Virus record (IMG/VR): IMGVR_UViG_3300011443_000005
From: a virus
Direction: 5' to 3' (one strand)
DNA: 49,419 nt
The position numbers and the translations under genes are program-made. The notes beneath the pieces are model-generated. The model did no database searches and was not told the origin of the DNA. It saw only the letters and a program-made list of their open reading frames with translations. Positions 18,290-25,842 of this stretch are shown piece by piece (positions within the stretch are counted from its first letter, which is position 1; each line of letters begins with the position of its first letter).

Positions 18290-18691
18290 TTACTCTTCCT
18301 TGTCACCAGCCATATCAGCAGGTTCAGTAACACGAACCACTTTTGGTTCCCACTTAGGAATCTTCGCATTAACCTGGGGATTAGACATTGCTTGTTGACG
18401 ATTAACCAAGTCGGCAAGCTCTTTCATGTCCACACCATTTGCAGAGCCGGAAGAAGAAAGACCACCAGAACGCTGAGCCTGAACACGAGCAGCGAAAGGA
18501 TCATCAGCACCCTTGAGAAGCCGCACTTCCTTAGCAAGAACAGCAATACACTCAGTAAACACTTCCGCATCTGCTTCTCTACCATCGGAAATGGTCAACA
18601 AGTTGAAAGAGTGTTTACAAATAAGAACCCAGAAAGTAATAAAAAACCCAAGAATAAGAAATACCCCAAGAATCAACACATCGGTTTGCAT
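18290..18691 (-). CDS. Membrane-anchored hypothetical protein (133 aa)
   Basis: N-terminal TM helix (VLILGVFLILGFFITFWVLI). Overlaps the TerL 3' end by 19 nt. Confidence 0.5.
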   Translation of the reverse strand: MQTDVLILGVFLILGFFITFWVLICKHSFNLLTISDGREADAEVFTECIAVLAKEVRLLKGADDPFAARVQAQRSGGLSSSGSANGVDMKELADLVNRQQAMSNPQVNAKIPKWEPKVVRVTEPADMAGDKEE

Positions 18692-20562
18692 TGTCTGCCC
18701 TTGCTTCTAGGAGACATCAACACCCGCCGTCCGCCGTCGCGTGTCTTCTGCCTCTTCCGCTCAGCCTCTTCGCGTTTGTTTACCAAATTCCCCAGAGCTT
18801 GCAACAAGTCGGGTTTCAAGTCCTTGGAAGACAACGCTAACACGATGGGGATTGGAGTACCGGGAAGATGAGAAAGCCCCTTGTTCAGCATATCCGCATA
18901 ACTGTCCGGCTCGTTGCTGGTTTCGGGAGAATAAATCTTCCCCTTCACCGCGAACTGAACCATTGCCAGTGTATCCACGGCGTCATCGTGGGTTAGTTCC
19001 TGAAGGTCTTCCGTAGCGTGTTCAATCTGATAAACCAAATCCGCCCAGGGGGGTCTATGAATCTCAAGCCGGGGAAGCAGTATTCGATTGGCTTCAAATC
19101 TCCAGGCCAGGGAAGCAATGCGAGAACCCTTGGATAGGCTGGAGTCCGAAGAGGAGCGGAAATCTCCTTGATATCGAATGGGCTTAACACGAGGCATCCA
19201 ACCCTCAGAAATAGCCCGCTCAGCAAAGTCAGCGGAAGTACGTTCTACAAGCTTCTTCTGCACGGAAACAGATTCAATACCACAAATCTTAACTCGCCAC
19301 TTCAAACCCAGATTCCAGAGCCAGGAAATAAATATGGGTTCCTTCACACGACCCAGCTTAAGATCAAGTATCCAAACATGATCTCGGTAAAGTGGATTAC
19401 GCTCAACACCCACAACCATACAGCAAGCAAAGTCAGAAGTACGAGAGGGGTTTTTAATGGGGTCAGCAAGCAAGATACGGTACATTTTGCTAACTGTTTC
19501 CCCAAAGGGTCGAACAATACGCTCTGTGCTACCATCAGAGGTCTTCTTAAAGGAAACAAGGGAAGCTTCGGAAGTTAACGGAGAAGAGGGGTCGTGCTCC
19601 CCTTCAATAGCGTACCAACAATAAGGCTGATTAAGCGGGAGGAGATTGTCCTGCACTGAACCGGGTTGGTTCATTACGTTGGCACGATAAGACTCCTCGC
19701 CATAGGAAAGACGCTCCTTCTCCAAACTCTCCGTAGACCACTTCTCAGGCCAGATCAAACTACCATCAGCTTCCCAAGCACCTAAAACCTCCCTGTTCCA
19801 AAAGGATACTCGTGGGTCTTCAGACTCACTGGTTGTGGCCATGTAATAGAGAAAGAGACGTTTGGAGTATAAAGTACCAACAAGAGCAGCACAAGCCCCT
19901 TCCTCCAACATGGGCATGAGTTGGTTGAAGAACATGCGTTTGAAATTGTCAGTAAGCTCAGAAGCACTAACACGCATATCCTTAACTTGTTCAGCGTCAT
20001 CGACCCAGATAAACCTTGGGCGTAAACCGGGAAGACGACCCATCACGCTTCTACCAATAAGCTGAAAACCATTGGTTAAGCGAAGGCGATTCATATTCCA
20101 GATACCCTGGCTCTTCTTAGGGCGAAGGTGTCCAAAATCTTCTAGAATACGCTCGTTATTCTCCAACTGAAGCATAAGCTTCATAGTAGAGGATTGAACA
20201 AAATCATCAGAGGACTTAACAACAAGCACAACATAGTTGGACCTACTAACAGCCCACTTAAGATTAAGCTCGTCAATCAGTGTGGACTTGGCAAACGCTC
20301 TACGATACCCCTTCACATTACGTGGGTAAGAATAGATGTCATGAATAAATCGATAGTGAGCAGGAGGAGAAGGGTGTTTGGGAGGTTGGTACCAATCTCC
20401 AATAGGCAGGAAATCTAAATAGTAGGAACGAAAAAAAGCCCATGAGTACACTGCTCGTTCGGGAGTTACATCATCCCGGACAGCGGCAACACGAGCTAAT
20501 CTCTTTTCCTCAGAAGAAAGCTTGGGGTAATTCTCTGGGAGAGGAAAATAGGGATTTGTCAT
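18673..20562 (-). CDS. terL: Terminase large subunit
   Basis: Walker A-like RRAFAKST, Walker B FIWVDDAE, coupling LVGTLY. Nuclease acidic residues sit in ILLADP, GIES and HDDAVDTL, in the canonical order. Confidence 0.85.
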   Translation of the reverse strand: MTNPYFPLPENYPKLSSEEKRLARVAAVRDDVTPERAVYSWAFFRSYYLDFLPIGDWYQPPKHPSPPAHYRFIHDIYSYPRNVKGYRRAFAKSTLIDELNLKWAVSRSNYVVLVVKSSDDFVQSSTMKLMLQLENNERILEDFGHLRPKKSQGIWNMNRLRLTNGFQLIGRSVMGRLPGLRPRFIWVDDAEQVKDMRVSASELTDNFKRMFFNQLMPMLEEGACAALVGTLYSKRLFLYYMATTSESEDPRVSFWNREVLGAWEADGSLIWPEKWSTESLEKERLSYGEESYRANVMNQPGSVQDNLLPLNQPYCWYAIEGEHDPSSPLTSEASLVSFKKTSDGSTERIVRPFGETVSKMYRILLADPIKNPSRTSDFACCMVVGVERNPLYRDHVWILDLKLGRVKEPIFISWLWNLGLKWRVKICGIESVSVQKKLVERTSADFAERAISEGWMPRVKPIRYQGDFRSSSDSSLSKGSRIASLAWRFEANRILLPRLEIHRPPWADLVYQIEHATEDLQELTHDDAVDTLAMVQFAVKGKIYSPETSNEPDSYADMLNKGLSHLPGTPIPIVLALSSKDLKPDLLQALGNLVNKREEAERKRQKTRDGGRRVLMSPRSKGRQCKPMC

Positions 20563-20927
20563 CGGTTTCTAGAAGTTACAAAATCTCCAGGGGTTGGTGC
20601 AACATCGGAAACTCGAATAGCGGTTTCCGGTCGAGTGGACACACCACGAGTAATAACACCAACTGTCCAGGAGTCTACAAGAGATTTAATATCCCGCTCG
20701 AACAACACCAGTTCAGCCTCCGCTGTTTCCTTCTGGTCAGCAGGAACAAGAAGGGAGATATTAAGTCGAGCTACAACAAGCGTGGTTGGTTGCCCTAGAA
20801 TTTCGCCTGTGTTTGGATCAAGAACAGGTAAACCTGTGTCTGGATCAATTTTAGGAGCTATGTAAGGAAAAAACTTGCCCACAGATTCATTCACAGTGGG
20901 TTCGTCCACAACGGGTATCTCAGCCAT
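20559..20927 (-). CDS. Hypothetical protein (122 aa), paralogue of 20954..21217
   Basis: Shares PK(I/L)D..G, D..G.P, (R/T)(L/F).IS(L/V)(L/I)(V/L)P and V(D/E)SW blocks with the upstream gene. ATGA overlap with terL. Confidence 0.6.
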   Translation of the reverse strand: MAEIPVVDEPTVNESVGKFFPYIAPKIDPDTGLPVLDPNTGEILGQPTTLVVARLNISLLVPADQKETAEAELVLFERDIKSLVDSWTVGVITRGVSTRPETAIRVSDVAPTPGDFVTSRNR

Positions 20928-20953
20928 CGGTAAACCTTTCTGCTTTCTGCTTT

Positions 20954-21217
20954 CTACTTTGCGACTTCCAACAATTTTTTAGTGGAAGCAGCAACAACAT
21001 CTGCTTTCCAACTCTCTACAGCTTGAGTTACACGAGTAACCAAGTGAGAGGCCATAAGCTCCCCCATTTCCATACAGATTTCCGGGAGGATAACAGAAAT
21101 AGAAAATGTAGCCTGAACAAAATTGCTTACTTTCAGTTTTGGTAATCCATCGGTGTCAAGAATCTCTTTACCCATTGTGTCCAATTTCGGCAGGTAAAGA
21201 GGTTGGAAAATTTTCAC
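20954..21217 (-). CDS. Hypothetical protein (87 aa), paralogue of 20559..20927
   Basis: See the shared blocks listed for 20559..20927. Confidence 0.55.
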   Translation of the reverse strand: MKIFQPLYLPKLDTMGKEILDTDGLPKLKVSNFVQATFSISVILPEICMEMGELMASHLVTRVTQAVESWKADVVAASTKKLLEVAK

Positions 21218-21220
21218 CTA

Positions 21221-21949
21221 TCAATCTCCCAACTCATCAGCTTCATTGATACTATTGAACATCGCCATTGCAGCAGTAATGGCAAGAAGTATCTTGGCAA
21301 TCTTCTCATCCCCGTATACGCCCTTGGTCTTTTGTTTGAGAACACGGAAGAATCTAGCAGCATCACCAGCTTGAGACATTTCAGTAATCAAAGCAGCATG
21401 ACGAGTTTGAAGCTCTTCCTTGAACTCCTGGGACATGGTACTCAACCGCATACCAATGACAGCACCAAGATCGACAAGAATCTTCCGCTGGTGACTGGGA
21501 CGAAACAGCGAACCCGGAAGACGATCCCCATCGCTGGCAAGACCTGTCTCCACATCCTCATCAACGGGATGGTTCTTTTCTGCCTGTGCTATTTGACGCT
21601 CCATAGGGCGTGTAGATTCGTCTTGGAGCAGTGCCAATTTCTCCTGTTGTATCTGCGGGGTGTCTAAGAGCAAGCTCTTTTCCTGTTGTTCCATTCTTTT
21701 CCGGTCCTCTCTCTCCCACTCTTTTCTTATTTTTGGATCGAGTACTTTCGGTACTGCTGTTGACTGATTTTCCTCCACTATCAATGGAGTTTCCCAGACT
21801 GGCCCCTTCCGCTCCTCCATATTCGCTATTCTCCGAGCCTCCTCCAGAACCCCCTGGGGAATAGGTTGTCCCTTGGGCTTGTTCTGTATCTCCTGTAACA
21901 CTGCTGATTGTTTGTTCTTCGACATCCGCCGATCTCCCTGTTGCCTCAT
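21221..21949 (-). CDS. Charged helical hypothetical protein (242 aa)
   Basis: Natural-looking Glu/Lys/Gln-rich sequence. Its first 389 nt overlap the 3' part of ORF 21561..22514 in another frame. Confidence 0.55.
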   Translation of the reverse strand: MRQQGDRRMSKNKQSAVLQEIQNKPKGQPIPQGVLEEARRIANMEERKGPVWETPLIVEENQSTAVPKVLDPKIRKEWEREDRKRMEQQEKSLLLDTPQIQQEKLALLQDESTRPMERQIAQAEKNHPVDEDVETGLASDGDRLPGSLFRPSHQRKILVDLGAVIGMRLSTMSQEFKEELQTRHAALITEMSQAGDAARFFRVLKQKTKGVYGDEKIAKILLAITAAMAMFNSINEADELGD

Positions 21950-22514
21950 TTTGTTGCCTCACACCTGTGCGAAGCATATTTGCTACTTGTTCACCTAACC
22001 CAGCACCCTGCCAATCCACACCTTTCAGGGAAAGACTACCCGTACCATCCTTATTGGCAGTAGCAGAAACCTCCACCTTGCTCAATTCCCCAGCCCTACT
22101 GAGTAGAGTCTCCTGCAAAGCAAACAGCCTATCCATGTACTTCAAACGAATGACGGGATCGGGACAGTGTCGGATGGTTGCAATCAACAATTCCGCTAAC
22201 TCAAAAGCGGAAACGTTCAGAAACTTAAGAGCCTTGTTCCATTCCTGGGGATCAGACAACCTATGAAGTGCTCGGAGCTTCTTATCCTTGTAAAGTCCTT
22301 TGGGCAGGATAACAGCACCCATCTCATCGCGTTTGAGAACCGCGAGAGAATAGACTTTGTTTTCACTATCCCATTCTTTTTTTAAATAAGCAGGCTTTTT
22401 CCTTTTCGCCTTCTTGGGAGGCAGGGACATCTCGTCCTCAAGCTCTGTCAGCTTTTCAGCTTTGAGCTTTACACTTGCCCTGGGGACAATGCGGGTGGGT
22501 GTCTTCAGCTTCAC
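21561..22514 (-). CDS. Hypothetical protein (317 aa as drawn); small-terminase candidate by position only
   Basis: The first 190 or so residues look protein-like (basic N-terminus, helical). The last 125 or so are Gly/Ser/Thr low complexity and overlap 21221..21949. GTG start is uncertain. Confidence 0.45.
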   Translation of the reverse strand: MKLKTPTRIVPRASVKLKAEKLTELEDEMSLPPKKAKRKKPAYLKKEWDSENKVYSLAVLKRDEMGAVILPKGLYKDKKLRALHRLSDPQEWNKALKFLNVSAFELAELLIATIRHCPDPVIRLKYMDRLFALQETLLSRAGELSKVEVSATANKDGTGSLSLKGVDWQGAGLGEQVANMLRTGVRQQNEATGRSADVEEQTISSVTGDTEQAQGTTYSPGGSGGGSENSEYGGAEGASLGNSIDSGGKSVNSSTESTRSKNKKRVGERGPEKNGTTGKELALRHPADTTGEIGTAPRRIYTPYGASNSTGRKEPSR

Positions 22515-22546
22515 AGCGGGAAGATAAGTCTCCCGGATTCAATTTG

Positions 22547-22738
22547 TCAATACCGAAGACTTCCTCCGATGGGTCCAGAGGAACCGAAGAAACCAAAGGC
22601 TCGAACAACCCAAAGAAGAACAACAAGAAGAACCACCACACGAATTACCGTCTTAATCGTCTCGTCCATTGGTATCAAGGAAATGATATAGAGACACACA
22701 CCCACAAGCACCAAAGCAATAATCAGGTCAATTAACAT
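22547..22738 (-). CDS. Small two-helix membrane protein (63 aa from ATG 22738)
   Basis: MLIDLIIALVLVGVCLYIISLIP...VVLLVVLLWVV. The longer track ORF (to 22789) would run through the terminator hairpin. Confidence 0.55.
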   Translation of the reverse strand: MLIDLIIALVLVGVCLYIISLIPMDETIKTVIRVVVLLVVLLWVVRAFGFFGSSGPIGGSLRY

Positions 22739-22750
22739 AGCTATCTTTCC

Positions 22751-22804
22751 GAGGAGACAAAAGAGGCGAGCCTGCGGGTCCAATCGCAAAATCGCAGGCT
22801 CGCC
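22751..22804 (-). terminator. Intrinsic terminator on the minus strand
   Basis: Perfect 12-bp GC-rich stem (ggcgagcctgcg / cgcaggctcgcc, 22765..22776 / 22793..22804) with a 16-nt loop, followed at once on the minus strand by UCUUUUGU. Confidence 0.6.
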
Positions 22805-22857
22805 CCACCTGTTGAGTTCGTAAACTCACTGGAACGGTACCGAGGGGATTTGGTACC

Positions 22858-22867
22858 GGGAGTAACA
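22858..22867 (+). promoter_or_regulatory. Orphan copy of the GGGAGTAACA start-associated motif (no start codon follows)
   Basis: Exact 10-mer on the plus strand in the non-coding gap 22805..23040 of the minus arm, followed by ggcacagg rather than RRCAATG. Confidence 0.5.
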
Positions 22868-23040
22868 GGCACAGGAAATATACCCCTCCCTCTTCAGTTA
22901 GTCTAGCAGCCACGACAACCAAGCTCTTGCCTTCCTTATGAGGTACCAACGAAGAGCGGTGCGGTGCTGAGTTTTAATACTCGTAATGTTCGGTTGTCCG
23001 TACATACTTACTCCAGTGAATTTAAAAAATGAACTCGAAT

Positions 23041-23421
23041 TTATTCTCCTGTGTCACTGGTGAAAACCGCAAAGTGCTGATTATCACCAAGATGAAGAAC
23101 AGGGTAATCCAATGCCTGATGTTGTCCCCCATTCTGGACAGTCAGATCATACATAACTACTTGAACACCTGGGATAGCAAGCATCTGTGCTGGAGACAAG
23201 CCAAGGAAAGGACTCTCTCCAGGAACATTCTCCAAAGCGGTGAGACTATAACCCTTCTTCAGATTGTCTAAGTCTGACCCATCGGAATCCTTATCCGGCC
23301 AAGCAACAACTGCCCCGATGTGGGTATCGCTGTCCTGAGTAGGCGGAACAATCCAACTGGAGGCAGCAGGAGCGGTGGAATCGACGGTCAAAAGGCTCGC
23401 GTGGATGGGATCACTAAACAT
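23041..23421 (-). CDS. Acidic small protein (126 aa), first gene of the leftward arm
   Basis: Strong SD (GAAGGAGAAG) 8-9 nt before ATG 23421. Asp-rich with few basic residues. Followed by a 235-nt gap and a terminator. Confidence 0.65.
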   Translation of the reverse strand: MFSDPIHASLLTVDSTAPAASSWIVPPTQDSDTHIGAVVAWPDKDSDGSDLDNLKKGYSLTALENVPGESPFLGLSPAQMLAIPGVQVVMYDLTVQNGGQHQALDYPVLHLGDNQHFAVFTSDTGE

Positions 23422-23843
23422 TTTTTCTTCTCCTTCAAAATTTCTGGGTACCCCGGAGGCAACCCCACATTGGGGAAGCCGCTGGATTTATAGGGGTTTC
23501 CCGATGTTAGGGTGTACCTAACGAATTGTCGAAACTTGTTGTTAGGGGTTTGATAGCTTGAAAACACGATACAAAAAATGGTATGAGGGGGGCCACCTAA
23601 GCGGGTGGGGGGCTGATCGATCCTATTCATACCGGAACGGTCACTTGCAGATTTTCCTGAAGTCTCATGCTTAACCGCTATTACTCCCTGACGAAACACT
23701 CTGACAAAGCGGTATTACTCTCCCAGAGTGATGAAGAAAGCAGCTAACAGTTTCCAGTCCTCAAGCAACCAGATAATTTTGGTTTAACCACAACTAACCA
23801 TACTTGTTTATGCTTTGACCAACTGGAGTTGATTAAGTAGTTC

Positions 23844-24035
23844 TTGATCTACTGGTGTTGCTTCTGCGGACTACAGGCAAAGCAGGTTTTAATAAAAGTT
23901 TTTTAATGGGGGTGAGGCATTACACAACCAACTGCACTTCGCTCTAGGGGCCTGACACCTGGTTGATCTGGTGCTACGCACAGTGACATTGATATGGCAC
24001 ACGCTAGACCATGCTAAGCTGGTTGAATCTGGTGC
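23844..24035. repeat. Iteron-like direct repeats in the divergent control region
   Basis: CTGGTTGATCTGGTGC (23959..23974) and CTGGTTGAATCTGGTGC (24019..24035) differ by one inserted A. A looser copy, TTGATCTACTGGTG, is at 23844..23857. An AT-rich run lies at 23879..23906. Confidence 0.6.
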
Positions 24036-24196
24036 CATAAGGTTGGCACAGAGAAAGTAAGAGCGTATAACCTACCCCCCTTCCCCTACTCCTCCTTCGG
24101 CAACCATCCAGCCTTGGCCAACACTAGCAACCCCGTTAAGCTAACCCGCTATCAGTAAGAGACTTATAGCAATGTAAAAGAATCTCTAAAGGACAC

Positions 24197-24226
24197 TTGA
24201 CAAGCTGGACGATGAGACACTACTCT
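24197..24226 (+). promoter_or_regulatory. Candidate rightward early promoter
   Basis: cTTGACAAg -35 box (same extended box as at 32382 and 32199) with a weak -10 (TACTCT, 18-nt spacer), about 60 nt upstream of the first plus gene. Confidence 0.3.
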
Positions 24227-24274
24227 AGTACTAGATAAGTAGCTTGGTGGCTACTGCTAGACAGGTAAGAAGTA

Positions 24275-24284
24275 GGGAGTAACA
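24275..24284 (+). promoter_or_regulatory. Start-associated motif GGGAGTAACA (copy 1)
   Basis: 3 nt upstream of TTG 24288. Confidence 0.6.
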
Positions 24285-24287
24285 GCC

Positions 24288-24509
24288 TTGGAATCATCCG
24301 CAGCTAAAACAAAACACGCGTATGCAATTGCAATAAGTCTCTCGTCTCTAATTTCTGACAACTGCTATCCCGAACATCTTTTGGACCCAAAAGGTAAAGC
24401 TCTTTGCAAACCAACAATGCAGCTTGCTCATCGGTTCCGAAGAGAGGCTCAAACCCTCACGAGAACCGACAAAAGGCTTTGCAAACAGTGTCTTCGCAGA
24501 GCGGTGTAA
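24288..24509 (+). CDS. Small basic protein (73 aa) with C...CxxC
   Basis: First ORF of the plus arm, with the motif-linked TTG start. Confidence 0.5.
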   Translation: MESSAAKTKHAYAIAISLSSLISDNCYPEHLLDPKGKALCKPTMQLAHRFRREAQTLTRTDKRLCKQCLRRAV

Positions 24510-24527
24510 TTGCACAACACGAATATA

Positions 24528-24537
24528 AGGAGTAACA
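24528..24537 (+). promoter_or_regulatory. Start-associated motif AGGAGTAACA (copy 2)
   Basis: 4 nt (agca) before ATG 24542. Confidence 0.6.
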
Positions 24538-24541
24538 AGCA

Positions 24542-24973
24542 ATGGCGTTTATGAAACCGGAAATTTACAAAGGTGGATACTTGGTTATCGATGGACCAAT
24601 GGGTACGGAATATCTACCCCACGAGATTGCAGACATCGATAACAAAACTCTAGAGGCTTGGAATAACCAAGAAGGAAACGAGCATAACTTACCCGGTTGC
24701 ATTCGAGGCTACGTAGAGAATCACTCCGCATATTCCATCGAACGGGAAGCCGGGATTCTCTCCCGTCTCTCCGCTTCCGGCTACATGGATTCCACACCTT
24801 GGGAACCGGGGGATTCCAACGACCTATGCAAAGCTTGGGATATTTGCCCTGAGTGTTTTGAACAATGCTGGGAATCCGAAACTTCCGATCGGTGTCCCGG
24901 TTGCAATGTGTCCTACCCACAAGACTACGATGGTTGCCGCAAGGCGGGTTGCAGCAATTGCAATGGGGAGTAA
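24542..24973 (+). CDS. Cys-rich protein (143 aa)
   Basis: The C-terminal 50 aa carry CPEC, CPGC and CSNC pairs (multi-zinc-ribbon-like). Confidence 0.65.
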   Translation: MAFMKPEIYKGGYLVIDGPMGTEYLPHEIADIDNKTLEAWNNQEGNEHNLPGCIRGYVENHSAYSIEREAGILSRLSASGYMDSTPWEPGDSNDLCKAWDICPECFEQCWESETSDRCPGCNVSYPQDYDGCRKAGCSNCNGE

Positions 24974-24975
24974 CA
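24966..24975 (+). promoter_or_regulatory. Start-associated motif GGGAGTAACA (copy 3)
   Basis: Its TAA is the stop codon of 24542..24973. 4 nt (aaca) before ATG 24980. Confidence 0.65.
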
Positions 24976-24979
24976 AACA

Positions 24980-25243
24980 ATGGAACGCATCGAAAACACT
25001 ATCCATAGCAAAGCTACAAGTCTTGGCTATCCGATCATCCGGGGAAACCCTAAAAAAATCGATGGAGTTTTGTGCACTCGATTCAAGAACAAGGAAGGAC
25101 AGGCAATCTACGTAGGCCAAGATTTTGATTACGCCAGACCCAACGGCGGAAAGATCGTAGACACTTGGCTACTCTATCTTGAATGTCCTACATGCTTTTG
25201 TACGTACAAACTTAATACCGAACATACTTGCAACAGGGAGTAA
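24980..25243 (+). CDS. Small Cys/His-containing protein (87 aa)
   Basis: ORF with motif-linked start; CPTCFC...H.C near the C-terminus. Confidence 0.6.
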   Translation: MERIENTIHSKATSLGYPIIRGNPKKIDGVLCTRFKNKEGQAIYVGQDFDYARPNGGKIVDTWLLYLECPTCFCTYKLNTEHTCNRE

Positions 25244-25245
25244 CA
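25236..25245 (+). promoter_or_regulatory. Start-associated motif GGGAGTAACA (copy 4)
   Basis: Its TAA is the stop of 24980..25243. 4 nt (agca) before ATG 25250. Confidence 0.65.
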
Positions 25246-25249
25246 AGCA

Positions 25250-25738
25250 ATGCTAAACTATCTCATTGAACATGAAAATAAGACCTACTCCCCCGATGGA
25301 GTAGTAACAACCCATCCCAATTGTACAATCTGCCATAGGGTGAACGATGGTACTAAATATGTTCTGGGTTATCTACCAGCAACGAAAGAAACAATCACTT
25401 GTTGTCTGAATTGCGCAAGCACATTCGAAAGGGAAGAACTAGACAAATCTGAAAAATCTGTCTGGTATATCCTATCTAAGACACCGGATAGCGATCCTCG
25501 AAACGCATACCCGAATACTTATCCTGCTTCTGGACAATGCTGGATAGGTAATGCTATGCGTGTTAGTGGTCGATACAAGTCTCGGAGAATCCATTCCCCC
25601 ATCGGAGGAAGAATTCAGCGCATCAATGTTTGGTTTAGTCACAACGATAAACACTATCATGGTGTAAATTTAGGAGACAATAATATTGTACGATGTAAGA
25701 GAATCAAACACAAAACAACTTATGGAGTAGTAAACTAA
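25250..25738 (+). CDS. Zinc-ribbon protein (162 aa), member of a 3-gene family
   Basis: NCTICHRVNDGTKYVLGY...ITCCLNCASTF resembles the CxTC...GIRVT...CxxC..F pattern of 32416..32631 and 46258..46491. Confidence 0.6.
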   Translation: MLNYLIEHENKTYSPDGVVTTHPNCTICHRVNDGTKYVLGYLPATKETITCCLNCASTFEREELDKSEKSVWYILSKTPDSDPRNAYPNTYPASGQCWIGNAMRVSGRYKSRRIHSPIGGRIQRINVWFSHNDKHYHGVNLGDNNIVRCKRIKHKTTYGVVN

Positions 25739-25828
25739 TGACGTTGCATGGAAACTGACAACAAAAGATGTCAAGACCTAGCGTCATGCATTATGAGTAC
25801 GCTTGGTTATAGATGGATTTAATCAAAA

Positions 25829-25838
25829 GGGAGTAACA
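25829..25838 (+). promoter_or_regulatory. Start-associated motif GGGAGTAACA (copy 5)
   Basis: 4 nt (gaca) before ATG 25843, in a 104-nt intergenic gap. Confidence 0.65.
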
Positions 25839-25842
25839 GACA

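Noticed and set aside
21561-21949. A classical -1 programmed ribosomal frameshift linking the two overlapping ORFs
   Set aside because: The downstream ORF is in the +1 frame relative to the upstream one, so a -1 slip would not join them. I saw no obvious slippery heptamer plus pseudoknot arrangement. The overlap is kept as an open finding instead.
22728-22949. 73-aa minus-strand ORF between the acidic first gene and the membrane gene
   Set aside because: It runs straight through the 12-bp terminator hairpin and overlaps the better-supported ATG 22738 gene. Its Pro/Leu/Gly/Val-rich sequence has no SD.
23388-23699. 103-aa minus-strand ORF in the control region
   Set aside because: It overlaps the SD-supported start of 23041..23421, has no SD of its own, and has skewed composition. 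It lies in a hairpin- and repeat-rich region, so I treat it as non-coding.
23844-24035. The direct repeats in the control region as a mini-CRISPR array
   Set aside because: There are only two good copies plus one loose copy. The repeats are 16-17 nt long with unequal spacing (about 115 and 60 nt), and no cas genes are present. Iterons or operators fit better.
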